From contig NZ_CP042905.2 of NCBI RefSeq assembly GCF_008000775.2, positions 3,720,001-3,752,000 of the forward strand: a stretch of 32,000 nucleotides of DNA. Reading direction: 5' to 3'. The position numbers were made by a program, and so were the translations under genes. Below, piece after piece: positions 1-9,366 of this stretch (positions are counted from its first letter, which is position 1; every line of letters begins with the position of its first letter). Below the pieces are notes generated by a model. The model was not told the DNA's origin and ran no database searches. It saw nothing but the letters and a program-made list of their open reading frames with translations. This DNA comes from Promethearchaeum syntrophicum. GTDB taxonomy: Archaea; Asgardarchaeota; Lokiarchaeia; Sigyniarchaeales; Promethearchaeaceae.

Positions 1-267
1 ATTGGGATGATCTCAAATAGTGGTTTAAAAATCCGCAAGAAATTTGAAGAATTTGATGCTGTGGTAAAATTTAATGTTAAAATTGAAGAAAAAATTGAGA
101 TGCCAAAGGGATGTTCGTGTGATAAAGTCTTAATCGGAAACATACCTCCACAAAAATGTCCCCTTTTTGGTAAATCATGCACTCCTAGACATCCAATAGG
201 CCCGTGTATGGTATCTCATGAAGGGGCATGCAAAATTGCTTTTAGCTTTCGGGAAATTATCGATTAA
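1..267 (+). CDS. hypD: HypD hydrogenase maturation protein, C-terminal fragment (gene begins upstream of the window)
   Basis: The frame is open from base 1. The tail GCSCDKVLIG...CPLFGKSCTPRHPIGPCMVSHEGAC matches the conserved Cys-rich Fe-S C-terminus of HypD, and the gene lies in a hyp context. Confidence 0.9.
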   Translation: MGMISNSGLKIRKKFEEFDAVVKFNVKIEEKIEMPKGCSCDKVLIGNIPPQKCPLFGKSCTPRHPIGPCMVSHEGACKIAFSFREIID

Positions 268-270
268 TGT

Positions 271-867
271 TTAATAATATAATTTAAGGATCTCATTTAG
301 CACAAATATTAACTCCTTACACACTTCTTCCATTTCCTTTGTTAAATTGAAGGAATAAAACGGAATATTTGGATTATTCTCTTTCATATCCAAATCCCAT
401 AAATCTTCTCGATATAATTGATAAGTCTCTAAAAATTTTAATGAGTAGGGACAAATTCCAACTAATTTTATATCAACACCAGAGACACCCCTTTGAATTC
501 GATCAATAAATACAGGTAAAGGTAAACTATGACTTGAAATGGGTAAATAATTGAGTATTTTATCTTCTTCGAAAATTCCGATAGTTCCGGAGGGTTTTTT
601 TAAATCAATAACATCAACTATTAACACTAATTCAGGTTGAAAATCGATTATTTCGGGGAGTCGCTCTTCGGGCGTAATACCACCATTGATAATACTTATT
701 TTAGTTTTATTTTTCCATTTTTGCCATAGTTCCCACGTGATATAAACTCCAGCTCCATCATCACCCATTCTATTCTCACCAATTCCTAAAATTAGTAGTT
801 TTGGAGATGATTTTAAGAGATTGGTTAAGGAAAGATTAAGATTTTTGTATTTTTCCTTTAAATCCAT
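271..867 (-). CDS. [NiFe]-hydrogenase maturation endopeptidase (HycI/HybD/FrhD family)
   Basis: It has LILGIGENRMGDDGAGV (the GIGNxxxGDDGxG-type motif), a later acidic LIVDVID segment and SSHSLP. These match the Glu/Asp-Asp-His metal ligands of this protease family. It sits between hypD and hypE. Confidence 0.8.
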   Translation of the reverse strand: MDLKEKYKNLNLSLTNLLKSSPKLLILGIGENRMGDDGAGVYITWELWQKWKNKTKISIINGGITPEERLPEIIDFQPELVLIVDVIDLKKPSGTIGIFEEDKILNYLPISSHSLPLPVFIDRIQRGVSGVDIKLVGICPYSLKFLETYQLYREDLWDLDMKENNPNIPFYSFNLTKEMEEVCKELIFVLNEILKLYY

Positions 868-925
868 AATAACATTATTTTAGTAAAATTGTTAAAATTT
901 CGGAATTTATTCTATAATTGGAATA

Positions 926-1957
926 ATGTCAGAGAAAAAAATAATTCAATTAGGTCATGGTGGGGGAGGGATTTTACAAGGAGAATTAATTAAATTTATT
1001 ACGGAAAATATCCCTATTAAGAAAATTGGCAAGGGAATTGGAGTTGATGCTTATGATGATGGAGCTACTGTACCTTTAGATAATTACGATTATGAAATTG
1101 TAGTTACTGCCGATGGACATACAATACATCCATTATTTTTTCCGGGGGGAGATTTGGGAAAATTATCAGTTTGCGGAACAGTGAACGATTTAATTATGAT
1201 GGGAGCAAAACCACTTGCTTTAACATCAGTAGTTCTGATAGAGGAAGGTACCGCATTCGATTTTCTGGGAAAAATTATGGATTCCTTTAACAAAACCGCT
1301 GGAGAGGGTGAAATTGCAATATTAGCGGGAGATACAAAGGTAATGCCTCGCGGATCGTTGAAAGAAATTATTATTACTACTTCCGGGATTGGAATTAAAT
1401 CAAAAAAATGTCAAATATTAGATTCTAATTGCAAACCAGGAGCAAAAATCATTCTTACGGGATCTATTGGAGATCATGGAGCCGCCCTTATTGCCAGAAG
1501 AGAAGGAATTGACTTAGAAACAGAATTAAAATCAGATGTGGCAATGTTGACACCCCTTTATACAGTAATAAAAGACCAACCAGGGATATTAGCAATGAAG
1601 GATCCAACTCGTGGTGGCTTAGCCGCAGCATTAAATGAGTGGGCAGAGAAATCTAATATTAGTATTTGGGTGGAAGAGTCACAATTATTAATCAAACGAG
1701 AAGTTAAAGCAATTTCAGAAATATTAGGATTAGATCCTCTAGAAATAGCAAATGAAGGGAAAGCGATAATCTGCGTTGAATCAGAATATGCTTCTCAACT
1801 GTTAGAAAAAATCAAAAAAACATCAATAGGAAAAGAAGCCCGAATAATTGCCGAGGTTAAAGAATCAAATCCAAAGTTAGTTATAATGAAAACTCCATTA
1901 GGAAGTAAAAGAATTATTGAAAAACCTATGGGAGAATTAATTCCTCGTATTTGTTAA
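926..1957 (+). CDS. hypE: HypE hydrogenase maturation protein (carbamoyl dehydratase)
   Basis: It has the PurM-like fold signature GHGGGG near the N-terminus and the diagnostic C-terminal PRIC. Confidence 0.95.
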   Translation: MSEKKIIQLGHGGGGILQGELIKFITENIPIKKIGKGIGVDAYDDGATVPLDNYDYEIVVTADGHTIHPLFFPGGDLGKLSVCGTVNDLIMMGAKPLALTSVVLIEEGTAFDFLGKIMDSFNKTAGEGEIAILAGDTKVMPRGSLKEIIITTSGIGIKSKKCQILDSNCKPGAKIILTGSIGDHGAALIARREGIDLETELKSDVAMLTPLYTVIKDQPGILAMKDPTRGGLAAALNEWAEKSNISIWVEESQLLIKREVKAISEILGLDPLEIANEGKAIICVESEYASQLLEKIKKTSIGKEARIIAEVKESNPKLVIMKTPLGSKRIIEKPMGELIPRIC

Positions 1958-1981
1958 AATTCTCATGTAATTTTACTCTTT

Positions 1982-4408
1982 GTGATTGAAATGAAGCAAC
2001 AGAAAATAATTATCACAGGAATTGTGCAAGGTGTTGGTTTTCGACCTTTTCTTTATAATTTTCTTCGTTCATATCATTTAAAGGGAAAGATTCAAAATAC
2101 GGGTAATTTGGGGGTTTCTCTCGAATTACAATCCTCTGATGATGATTTTAATTTTCAAAATTTGATTCAAGATCTAAAAAAGAAGGTTCCAAAAATGGCA
2201 TTTATCGAAGACATCCGATTATTGCCTTTTTCAAACATTCAACAGCAAGTAAAATTTGACCAACTTCAGATAATCCCAAGCAATGAAGGGATAGGAGCCG
2301 GGCTCACTTTACCTCCCGATATTGCAATGTGTGACAAATGTTTACATGATTTTAATAACAAATCCAATTCATCTTTTTTTCACTATCCATTTATCAGTTG
2401 CGCTCAATGTGGTCCCAGATTCACAATTATGGAGTCACTTCCTTACGATCGGGAATATAGCATGATGGACGAATTTCCATTTTGTGAAGATTGTAAAAAA
2501 ATCTTTTCTAATATAGATAATCGACGTTTTCATGCCCAAACTTTTGGATGTAATTCTTGTGGTCCTCATTATTTTGATGAAATAAGTCAAAGAGAACCTA
2601 GTCAGAAAGATCTTCCCAAAATTATAGAAAAAATGGTTGAAGCGATAAAAATCGGAAAAATTATTGCACTAAAAGGAATCGGAGGTGTCAATTTAGTTTG
2701 TAGAGCTGATAAAGAACAATCAATTCAAACACTCCGAAACAGAAAAAAGGAAAGAAAATTCAAACCTTTTGCAGTTATGATGCCTAATTTAGAGACAGCA
2801 AGGAAATACTGCGAAATCCCAAAAGAATTTGAAACCATATTGACTTCTTTTCGAAGACCGATCATTTTATTTAAAAAGAAAGAAGGAACTTTACCTGAAA
2901 ATCTTTCACCAGGATTACCCAATATAGGAATAATTCTTCCGTATATGGGATTACATTACTTATTGTTCGAAAAACTTGGAAAAATTCCTTTGGTATTTAC
3001 TAGTGGGAATGTTTCTTCACTACCAATGGCCATCGAAAACACAATGATAAAAAAACATATGGTAAATTTAGCAGATGAAATATATCTTCATAATCGCAAG
3101 ATTTACCAACGTTGCGATGATTCAGTAATCCGCCCTGTGTTAAATTCTCCAATTTTAATCCGCCGTTCAAGAGGATATGTCCCAGAATATTATAAACTTC
3201 CTTTTAAAACTAATACTAAAAGTATTATTGCAACAGGTGCAGAATTGAATAGTACCGGAGCCATAAGCAGAGGAGAAAGGATTTTTCCAACACAACATAT
3301 CGGAAATGTCCGAAATCTTGATACTTATGAATTTCTTGAAAACGCAATCCTTCATATGCAGCATCTTTTAAAAATTACTGATTCAGAAATTAATGCAATA
3401 GGAAGGGATATGCACCCATTATTTCAATCTTCAAGACTTGCTTCCAAATTATTAGAAAACCTCAATAAATCTAAAAATGGTAAAGGAAAGGAGATTTCTA
3501 TTTGGTCTGTTCAACATCATCATGCTCACCTTGCTTCTCTAATGGTTGACAATAAAATGCCCATGGATAGTGAAATGATTGCAATTACTATAGATGGGGT
3601 CGGTTATGGAAGTGATAAACAACCTTGGGGGGGAGAAATATTAAGAGGAGGATATTCATCTTTTGAACGACTGGGACATTTGGAACCAATTCCTATGGTG
3701 GGAGGAGATTTGTGTGCGAAATATCCACCTCGCATGTTATTATGTACTTTAATGAATTCGGTTGGATATAAAGAAAATCCAGAGATCATTGAAGAATTAA
3801 CCAGTAAATTAAATTTAGCTCAATATTTTCCACAAGGATTTCAAGAAATAAAGTACATAACCAATAAATTCAACCAACTTGATGAAATAACTCCTCAAAA
3901 ACATCCACGTACCTCAAGTTTTGGGAGGTATTTAGATGCCATCTCTTCTTTATTTGGTGTTTCACAATTGAGAACATACCGCGGAGAACCTGCAATGAGG
4001 CTTGAAGGGTTCATTTGGAATGGCACTCCGAAAACATATTTTAATTTAGATCAATATCTCCATGGAAATGTGATATTGAGTGATCAACTTCTTTGGGATT
4101 ATACTAATCTATTATTAACAGAACCAAAATTTAAAAAGAAGAAAGAACAAAAAGACCTTGCACGATCGCTAGTGACCGATACTAGTAAATTGTTTGCCCA
4201 AATTGCAATAAGAAATTCAGAAGAGGTAGGGATTAAAGATATTGGAGTCTCGGGTGGAGTAGCTTACAATGAAATTATTATGCAAGTAATAAAATCAGAA
4301 GTTGAGAAGAGGGGATTTAGGTTTTTACAGCATAAGAATATAGCACCAGGTGATGCGGGTGTTTCTATTGGACAAATTGCCAGTATTATTGCGAGATTAA
4401 AATTGTAA
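1982..4408 (+). CDS. hypF: HypF carbamoyltransferase
   Basis: It has an N-terminal acylphosphatase motif (GIVQGVGFRPF) and two zinc-finger pairs (CDKC..CAQCGPRF and CEDC..CNSCGPHY). YrdC-like and Kae1-like regions follow, with HHHAH and a C-terminal GDAGVSIGQ. GTG at 1982 or ATG at 1991 could be the start. Confidence 0.95.
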   Translation: MIEMKQQKIIITGIVQGVGFRPFLYNFLRSYHLKGKIQNTGNLGVSLELQSSDDDFNFQNLIQDLKKKVPKMAFIEDIRLLPFSNIQQQVKFDQLQIIPSNEGIGAGLTLPPDIAMCDKCLHDFNNKSNSSFFHYPFISCAQCGPRFTIMESLPYDREYSMMDEFPFCEDCKKIFSNIDNRRFHAQTFGCNSCGPHYFDEISQREPSQKDLPKIIEKMVEAIKIGKIIALKGIGGVNLVCRADKEQSIQTLRNRKKERKFKPFAVMMPNLETARKYCEIPKEFETILTSFRRPIILFKKKEGTLPENLSPGLPNIGIILPYMGLHYLLFEKLGKIPLVFTSGNVSSLPMAIENTMIKKHMVNLADEIYLHNRKIYQRCDDSVIRPVLNSPILIRRSRGYVPEYYKLPFKTNTKSIIATGAELNSTGAISRGERIFPTQHIGNVRNLDTYEFLENAILHMQHLLKITDSEINAIGRDMHPLFQSSRLASKLLENLNKSKNGKGKEISIWSVQHHHAHLASLMVDNKMPMDSEMIAITIDGVGYGSDKQPWGGEILRGGYSSFERLGHLEPIPMVGGDLCAKYPPRMLLCTLMNSVGYKENPEIIEELTSKLNLAQYFPQGFQEIKYITNKFNQLDEITPQKHPRTSSFGRYLDAISSLFGVSQLRTYRGEPAMRLEGFIWNGTPKTYFNLDQYLHGNVILSDQLLWDYTNLLLTEPKFKKKKEQKDLARSLVTDTSKLFAQIAIRNSEEVGIKDIGVSGGVAYNEIIMQVIKSEVEKRGFRFLQHKNIAPGDAGVSIGQIASIIARLKL

Positions 4409-4455
4409 AAAAAATTTTGAATAATTATTTATAAGAATTCAACGAAATTCTTACC

Positions 4456-5364
4456 ATGGAAAAATTTACTTTTACAGATCACTTGGGAATTGAGATTCAT
4501 GCATATAAATGGGTCCCAGATTCGGGTGAATCAAAAGCCGTTGTACAAATTGCACACGGAATGGCTGAACATGCACTAAGATTTTCCCATGTAGCAGAAG
4601 CTCTCGTAAAGAGAGGATATATTGTATATGGAAATGATCATACAGGTCACGGGAAAACGGGGAAACAGAACTTGGGGCTCTTAGGACCAGAAGGTTGGAA
4701 TGGATGCGTTAAAGATCTCAAACAACTCAATGATATAATTAAAAAAGAACATCCAACATTGCCAATTTTTTATATTGGACACTCATGGGGATCATTGATG
4801 GGACAAGATTATATTCAACAATGGGGGACTGATTTTAAAGGTGTTATATTCTCAGGAACTTACGGAAGAAAAGCGAAATTGAAACTTTTATTGTCAGTGG
4901 GTAAAGCTATTATGAAAATTCAAGGTTTAAAAAGTGAAGCGTCACTGATTTATAAAATTGCTGTTGGACCTTTCAGTAAACCATTTAAACCTGTTAAAAC
5001 ACCCCATGATTGGCGAAGTAGTGATGAAAAAGTTATTCAAGATTTTATTGATGATCCATTAGCCGGATTTAAAGTAACAAATGGATGGTTTTTAGAATTT
5101 GGATTAGCAATAAAACGTATTTGGCAACAGGAAAATGAAGCAAAAATTCCAAAAAATATTGGGGTTTTGTTATTAAATGGTGGATTAGACTCAACTTGTT
5201 CAATGCCCGCGGATTTTTTACTTCTTAAAGATCGATACGAAGATTTAGGGATAAAAAATATCCAATACAAAATCTACAAAGACAGCAGACATTCAGTGTT
5301 CGATGATGTTCAGAGAAATGAAGTAATTGATGATGCTATCAACTGGTTAGATAGCCATATCTAA
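4456..5364 (+). CDS. alpha/beta-fold hydrolase (lysophospholipase / monoacylglycerol-lipase-like)
   Basis: It has the HG oxyanion motif (IAHGMAEH), the nucleophile elbow GHSWGS and a late D...H (DSRHSV). Confidence 0.75.
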   Translation: MEKFTFTDHLGIEIHAYKWVPDSGESKAVVQIAHGMAEHALRFSHVAEALVKRGYIVYGNDHTGHGKTGKQNLGLLGPEGWNGCVKDLKQLNDIIKKEHPTLPIFYIGHSWGSLMGQDYIQQWGTDFKGVIFSGTYGRKAKLKLLLSVGKAIMKIQGLKSEASLIYKIAVGPFSKPFKPVKTPHDWRSSDEKVIQDFIDDPLAGFKVTNGWFLEFGLAIKRIWQQENEAKIPKNIGVLLLNGGLDSTCSMPADFLLLKDRYEDLGIKNIQYKIYKDSRHSVFDDVQRNEVIDDAINWLDSHI

Positions 5365-5374
5365 TAGAATATTT

Positions 5375-6109
5375 TTATCCACATTTTTTCATAATTAATT
5401 CCATGTTATCAGGAATTTGGGAAATATCAGTAAGAAGTAGGTCGGGATTAACTTTTTCCATCATCTCCTTCGAATAGAATCCAGAAGTAACTCCAATTGT
5501 AATTGCACCAGCAGATTTTCCTGCAACTATATCAGATTTCATATCACCAACCATTATTATTCGATTCATTGGGATATTCCATTTTTTGCTCAGTATTTTT
5601 ATCCCTTCAGGAGAAGGTTTAATATATTTCACTTTATCTCTAGAAATTATATTATCTGAAAATTGCACTAAAAATTCCATTCTACCTTTAAATCGATCGA
5701 AAACTTCAGCATAACTACCCGTTGTATTAATTCCAAAGATAACATTATAATTTTCTGAAAGTTTAACCAGAGTATTTTCTACACCTTCTATCAAAGGAAT
5801 ATTAGAAATACCTTGACGATACATATCTTGAGTAATTCTTAAGAAATTAATCCTTTTAAACCATGGAACACCAAATTTTTTCGCAACTTTCCACATTACC
5901 TTTAACACAAGAAATTTTCCTCCACCTTTCTGACCACCAAAAACCTCAAAAAGTAATGCTGCAATTTTCTCTTGCTTCAACTGTGAAAATTCTACTCCAT
6001 AGTGATCTGCTATTTTTTGTGGAATATCATGTAAGAAGAAATCTCTGCTATCCAAAAGGGTTCCATCTAAATCAAAAATAATTCCTATTTGTTCGTGATT
6101 TTGACTCAT
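5375..6109 (-). CDS. HAD-superfamily hydrolase (phosphatase-like)
   Basis: HAD motif I is IIFDLDGTLLDS, and there is a late GDMKSD motif. The track starts the ORF at TTG 6127; ATG 6109, preceded by AGGA, is the more likely start. Confidence 0.8.
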   Translation of the reverse strand: MSQNHEQIGIIFDLDGTLLDSRDFFLHDIPQKIADHYGVEFSQLKQEKIAALLFEVFGGQKGGGKFLVLKVMWKVAKKFGVPWFKRINFLRITQDMYRQGISNIPLIEGVENTLVKLSENYNVIFGINTTGSYAEVFDRFKGRMEFLVQFSDNIISRDKVKYIKPSPEGIKILSKKWNIPMNRIIMVGDMKSDIVAGKSAGAITIGVTSGFYSKEMMEKVNPDLLLTDISQIPDNMELIMKKCG

Positions 6110-6135
6110 TTTTAATCCTTCTTGCAAATATGAGA

Positions 6136-6597
6136 TTACTGCACAATTTTGTAAACCTTACTCATTTTTACATCCCCTTTTTGATCGATTCTAAAATGAA
6201 CTACATGTTTCGAATCTTTATCCCCATGGAGATGAAAACATTGGTAAAATTTTACTAAGCTTGGAATCCCAAATTCATCTATTTCCTTCGACTCTTGAGA
6301 TTTTAATTTGTCTGGGCGAAATTCATAGGATTTATTGCATTCAGGACAAGAAAATTTTATTAGAATTCCTTTTGAAGATGGTTGGTCATTATTATACAAA
6401 TCAAACTGTTCATTATTTCTTGCTACCCTTTGAGAATCAATCCGTAATAGGTGTGCATGATTACCATGAAGAAAAACTCGGCGAATTATTGGGTTCTTAT
6501 CTGTGATTTCTTTCTTATATTCTTCCAAAAAAGGAATTTCTATCACCTTAGAATCACAAAGAAAATTTATTGTATTTTTTCTAGACATTTGAATCAC
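6136..6597 (-). CDS. hypothetical Cys/His-rich protein, apparently co-transcribed downstream of hypC
   Basis: The ORF is 153 aa and I recognise no family. It contains HGNHAH, CPEC and CFHLHG...H.VH clusters. It is 17 nt downstream of hypC on the same strand. Confidence 0.5.
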   Translation of the reverse strand: MIQMSRKNTINFLCDSKVIEIPFLEEYKKEITDKNPIIRRVFLHGNHAHLLRIDSQRVARNNEQFDLYNNDQPSSKGILIKFSCPECNKSYEFRPDKLKSQESKEIDEFGIPSLVKFYQCFHLHGDKDSKHVVHFRIDQKGDVKMSKVYKIVQ

Positions 6598-6614
6598 TCT
6601 ACTTAGGAATTTAG

Positions 6615-6857
6615 TTAAACATAATCATTTTTATCGATTAAATCCTTTTCTAAAAGGTCACGCCAAAGCTTTAAAGATTCTTTTGCTGCAACTTCATTTA
6701 TTTCTTCAATTGCATATCCCGCATGGACAATAACAAATTTTCCAACTTCAATATCTGGTAATAATGCAATCACAATACTTTTCTTCGTCCCATCAAAATC
6801 TGCAATTGCCTTGTGGCCATCTATCGATAATATCTTCGCGGGAATCGCTAAGCACAT
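6615..6857 (-). CDS. hypC: HypC/HupF hydrogenase assembly chaperone
   Basis: It has the N-terminal MCLAIP motif with the essential Cys2. The 80-aa size and VHAGYAI segment are typical of the family. Confidence 0.9.
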   Translation of the reverse strand: MCLAIPAKILSIDGHKAIADFDGTKKSIVIALLPDIEVGKFVIVHAGYAIEEINEVAAKESLKLWRDLLEKDLIDKNDYV

Positions 6858-6973
6858 AATTAGTTAGATAAATTATATGGTAGATAATAAACTTTCGATA
6901 ATATTCCAATAGGAAAAAAACAAATAAAAAATAAGGCAAATATTTAAGTTTAGTTAAAATATTTTTTAACCAT

Positions 6974-7315
6974 ATGTTATCAGCGAAAATTGCTAACTTC
7001 TTTTCGGCGTTAGGCGATGAAACGAGAATAAAAATTTTAGCATTGTTATATGACCAAAATCCCATTTCCGTTAGTGATATTATGAATAGACTAGGAAATA
7101 TTACGAAGCATGCATTATCTTATCAACTTAAAATTTTGAAATCAAAGGATATTATCCGATATCATAAAGTTGGGAAAAAAAGATTATATTATTTATCGGA
7201 TGAGCATGTTTCCCATATTCTAAATGATGTGATTGTTCACTTATCCCCTGAAGGTCCTTGTAATGGAGAATTGAATTGTTCGGATGATTTAAATCTACAT
7301 ATGGTGATTGAATGA
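6974..7315 (+). CDS. ArsR/SmtB-family metal-responsive transcriptional regulator
   Basis: It has the winged-helix signature FSALGDETRIKILALL...ISVSDI...LSYQLKILK. Its stop overlaps the ATPase start (ATGA at 7312-7315). Confidence 0.8.
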   Translation: MLSAKIANFFSALGDETRIKILALLYDQNPISVSDIMNRLGNITKHALSYQLKILKSKDIIRYHKVGKKRLYYLSDEHVSHILNDVIVHLSPEGPCNGELNCSDDLNLHMVIE

Positions 7316-9345
7316 ATCAAAATGGAAAAGAAAACAATCTAGATGTTCAAATTTTACCTTCGGAATTATTAGAACTCGAAGAATCTACAGAATCCAATAC
7401 TTGCGGTTGTGGAGATTGCGCTGATCTTACTGTGAATATTGCAGAAGAGAAATTTAATTGGTTGAATCAAGCAATACCTTATGTAATTTCTTTAGTACTT
7501 GCAATCATCGCTGCAATTATTGGGTTAAAAGAAAATAATCAAGAATTTATAGCCAATATTTATTTCTATGTTTTTCTTCTAGCGAGTTATGGGTTTTCTT
7601 CTTTTAATGTGATATTTGGGTTTTTAAAGAACTTGCGTCCCAAAACAATTTTTGACGAACGTTTTTTGATGATAGTAGCGACAATTGGAGCGTTTTTTAT
7701 AGGTGAATTCTTTGAAGCAATCGGAGTTATGTTATTCTACAATATTGGTTCCATTTTAGAAAAATTTTCAGTATTTAAGTCCAAGAGATCTATTAAAAAA
7801 TTATTAGAAAATCAGCCAAAATATGCAAATATCAAAAGAACTGATGGATCCATTAATAGAATTGACCCAAGTGAAGTAAAAATTGGAGATCTAGTTGTAG
7901 TTAGACCGGGGGAAAAAGTACCTGTGGATGGAAAAATGGTCTCAGAAAATTCGATTTTTAACACTTCTGCCCTAACAGGTGAGTCACTACCACGTAAAAT
8001 TATTCAAAATGAGAAAGTATTAGCAGGAATGATAAATTTAACTAATTTCTGTGAAATTTCCGTCATAAATATATATGAAAATTCAGCAATAGCCCGGATC
8101 CTTTATCTTGTTCAACATGCAGATACTAATAAATCGAAAACAGAGAAGATTTCAAATCGGTTTGCAAAATATTATACTCCCATTATTTTAGGTTCTGCAA
8201 TCTTTCTTGCAATAATTCCACCAATATTACTACCAGGTTCAAGTTTTTCAGACTGGTTATATAGAGCCATGGTATTTTTAGTAATTTCTTGCCCTTGTGC
8301 ATTAGTATTATCTATTCCTTTAACATATTTCATTGGAATTGGTGAATCTGCGCGTAATGGTATAATTGTAAAAGGAACGAAGAATTTAGAAACATTAGCA
8401 AAGGTAAATACTGTAGTTTTTGATAAAACGGGGACAATTACTAAGGGAAACTTTACCGTTTCTAAAATAATGGCATTAAACGGACATTCTGAAATAGAAT
8501 TATTAGAAATGACAGCTTCTCTTGAAAAATATTCTACACATCCGATTGGAGTATCAATCGTTGAAGCTTTCAAAGAAAAAGGTTTAGAAGATTCACATCA
8601 ATCAATTGAAAATTTTAGAGAAATATCTGCTTTGGGAATTAGTGCGGAATTAGATGGCTCAGATATCCTTATTGGAAATGATAAAATTCTTCATGAATTT
8701 AAAATACCACACCTCCATAAATATTGTTCAATTTCTGGAACGGTAGTACATATTGCTTTAAATAAAATTTACATTGGTTATATTTTAATATCGGATGAAA
8801 TTAGGGAAGAAGCCAAAGAATCAATTACAGACTTACGTAAATTAGGGATTAATGATTTCATGATTCTATCTGGGGATGAGAAATCTATTGTTTCAGATAT
8901 TGCACAAAAGTTAGGGATTAAAAATTATTATCACAGTTTATTGCCCGAAGACAAAGTTACAAAGCTTAAAGATATCAAAACCCACTCAAATATTGTTGCA
9001 TTTATAGGGGATGGAATTAATGATGCTCCAATAATTGCCCATTCAGATGTTGGTATAGCGCTTGCAGGAATAGGCTCAGATATTGCAATTGAAACGGCAG
9101 ATGTAGTAATTAACTCAACAAATCTCCTTAAAGTCGAAAAAATGATACAAATTTCTCGGAAAACCCGCATGATTAATCGAGAAAATATCGCATTAATTGT
9201 TTTAATTAAATCTCTTTTCTTATTATTGGGAGCAATAGGAATAGCATCAATGTGGGGGGCAGTATTTGCTGATGTAGGAGTTACAATCTTGACTGTTGTA
9301 AATGCTCAAAGAGTGGCAAGTAAAAATAATAAAAAAAAAGTATGA
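7312..9345 (+). CDS. P1B-type heavy-metal translocating ATPase (CPC type, Zn/Cd/Pb-like)
   Basis: It has TGES, the transmembrane CPC (SCPCALVLS), DKTGTIT, the HP motif (STHPIG) and GDGINDAP. The N-terminus carries CGCGDC rather than a recognisable HMA domain. Confidence 0.9.
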   Translation: MNQNGKENNLDVQILPSELLELEESTESNTCGCGDCADLTVNIAEEKFNWLNQAIPYVISLVLAIIAAIIGLKENNQEFIANIYFYVFLLASYGFSSFNVIFGFLKNLRPKTIFDERFLMIVATIGAFFIGEFFEAIGVMLFYNIGSILEKFSVFKSKRSIKKLLENQPKYANIKRTDGSINRIDPSEVKIGDLVVVRPGEKVPVDGKMVSENSIFNTSALTGESLPRKIIQNEKVLAGMINLTNFCEISVINIYENSAIARILYLVQHADTNKSKTEKISNRFAKYYTPIILGSAIFLAIIPPILLPGSSFSDWLYRAMVFLVISCPCALVLSIPLTYFIGIGESARNGIIVKGTKNLETLAKVNTVVFDKTGTITKGNFTVSKIMALNGHSEIELLEMTASLEKYSTHPIGVSIVEAFKEKGLEDSHQSIENFREISALGISAELDGSDILIGNDKILHEFKIPHLHKYCSISGTVVHIALNKIYIGYILISDEIREEAKESITDLRKLGINDFMILSGDEKSIVSDIAQKLGIKNYYHSLLPEDKVTKLKDIKTHSNIVAFIGDGINDAPIIAHSDVGIALAGIGSDIAIETADVVINSTNLLKVEKMIQISRKTRMINRENIALIVLIKSLFLLLGAIGIASMWGAVFADVGVTILTVVNAQRVASKNNKKKV

Positions 9346-9366
9346 TAAAAATTAATATTGGCAGAA

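Noticed and set aside
6793-7065. A 90-aa minus-strand ORF spanning the hypC-arsR intergenic region
   Set aside because: It overlaps both the hypC 5' end and the ArsR gene. Its composition is the Phe/Ile/Tyr/Leu-rich type expected from translating AT-rich promoter DNA.
1090-9170. Antisense or nested short ORFs inside hypE, hypF, the hydrolases, the 153-aa orphan and the ATPase: 1090..1293, 2725..2922, 3167..3364, 3604..3789, 5037..5270, 5863..6081, 6261..6506, 8172..8573 and 8931..9170
   Set aside because: Each lies wholly within a longer ORF on the opposite strand; most of those host ORFs are motif-supported, but the host of 6261..6506 (the 6136..6597 orphan) has no recognised family. None of the nested ORFs shows a recognisable motif.
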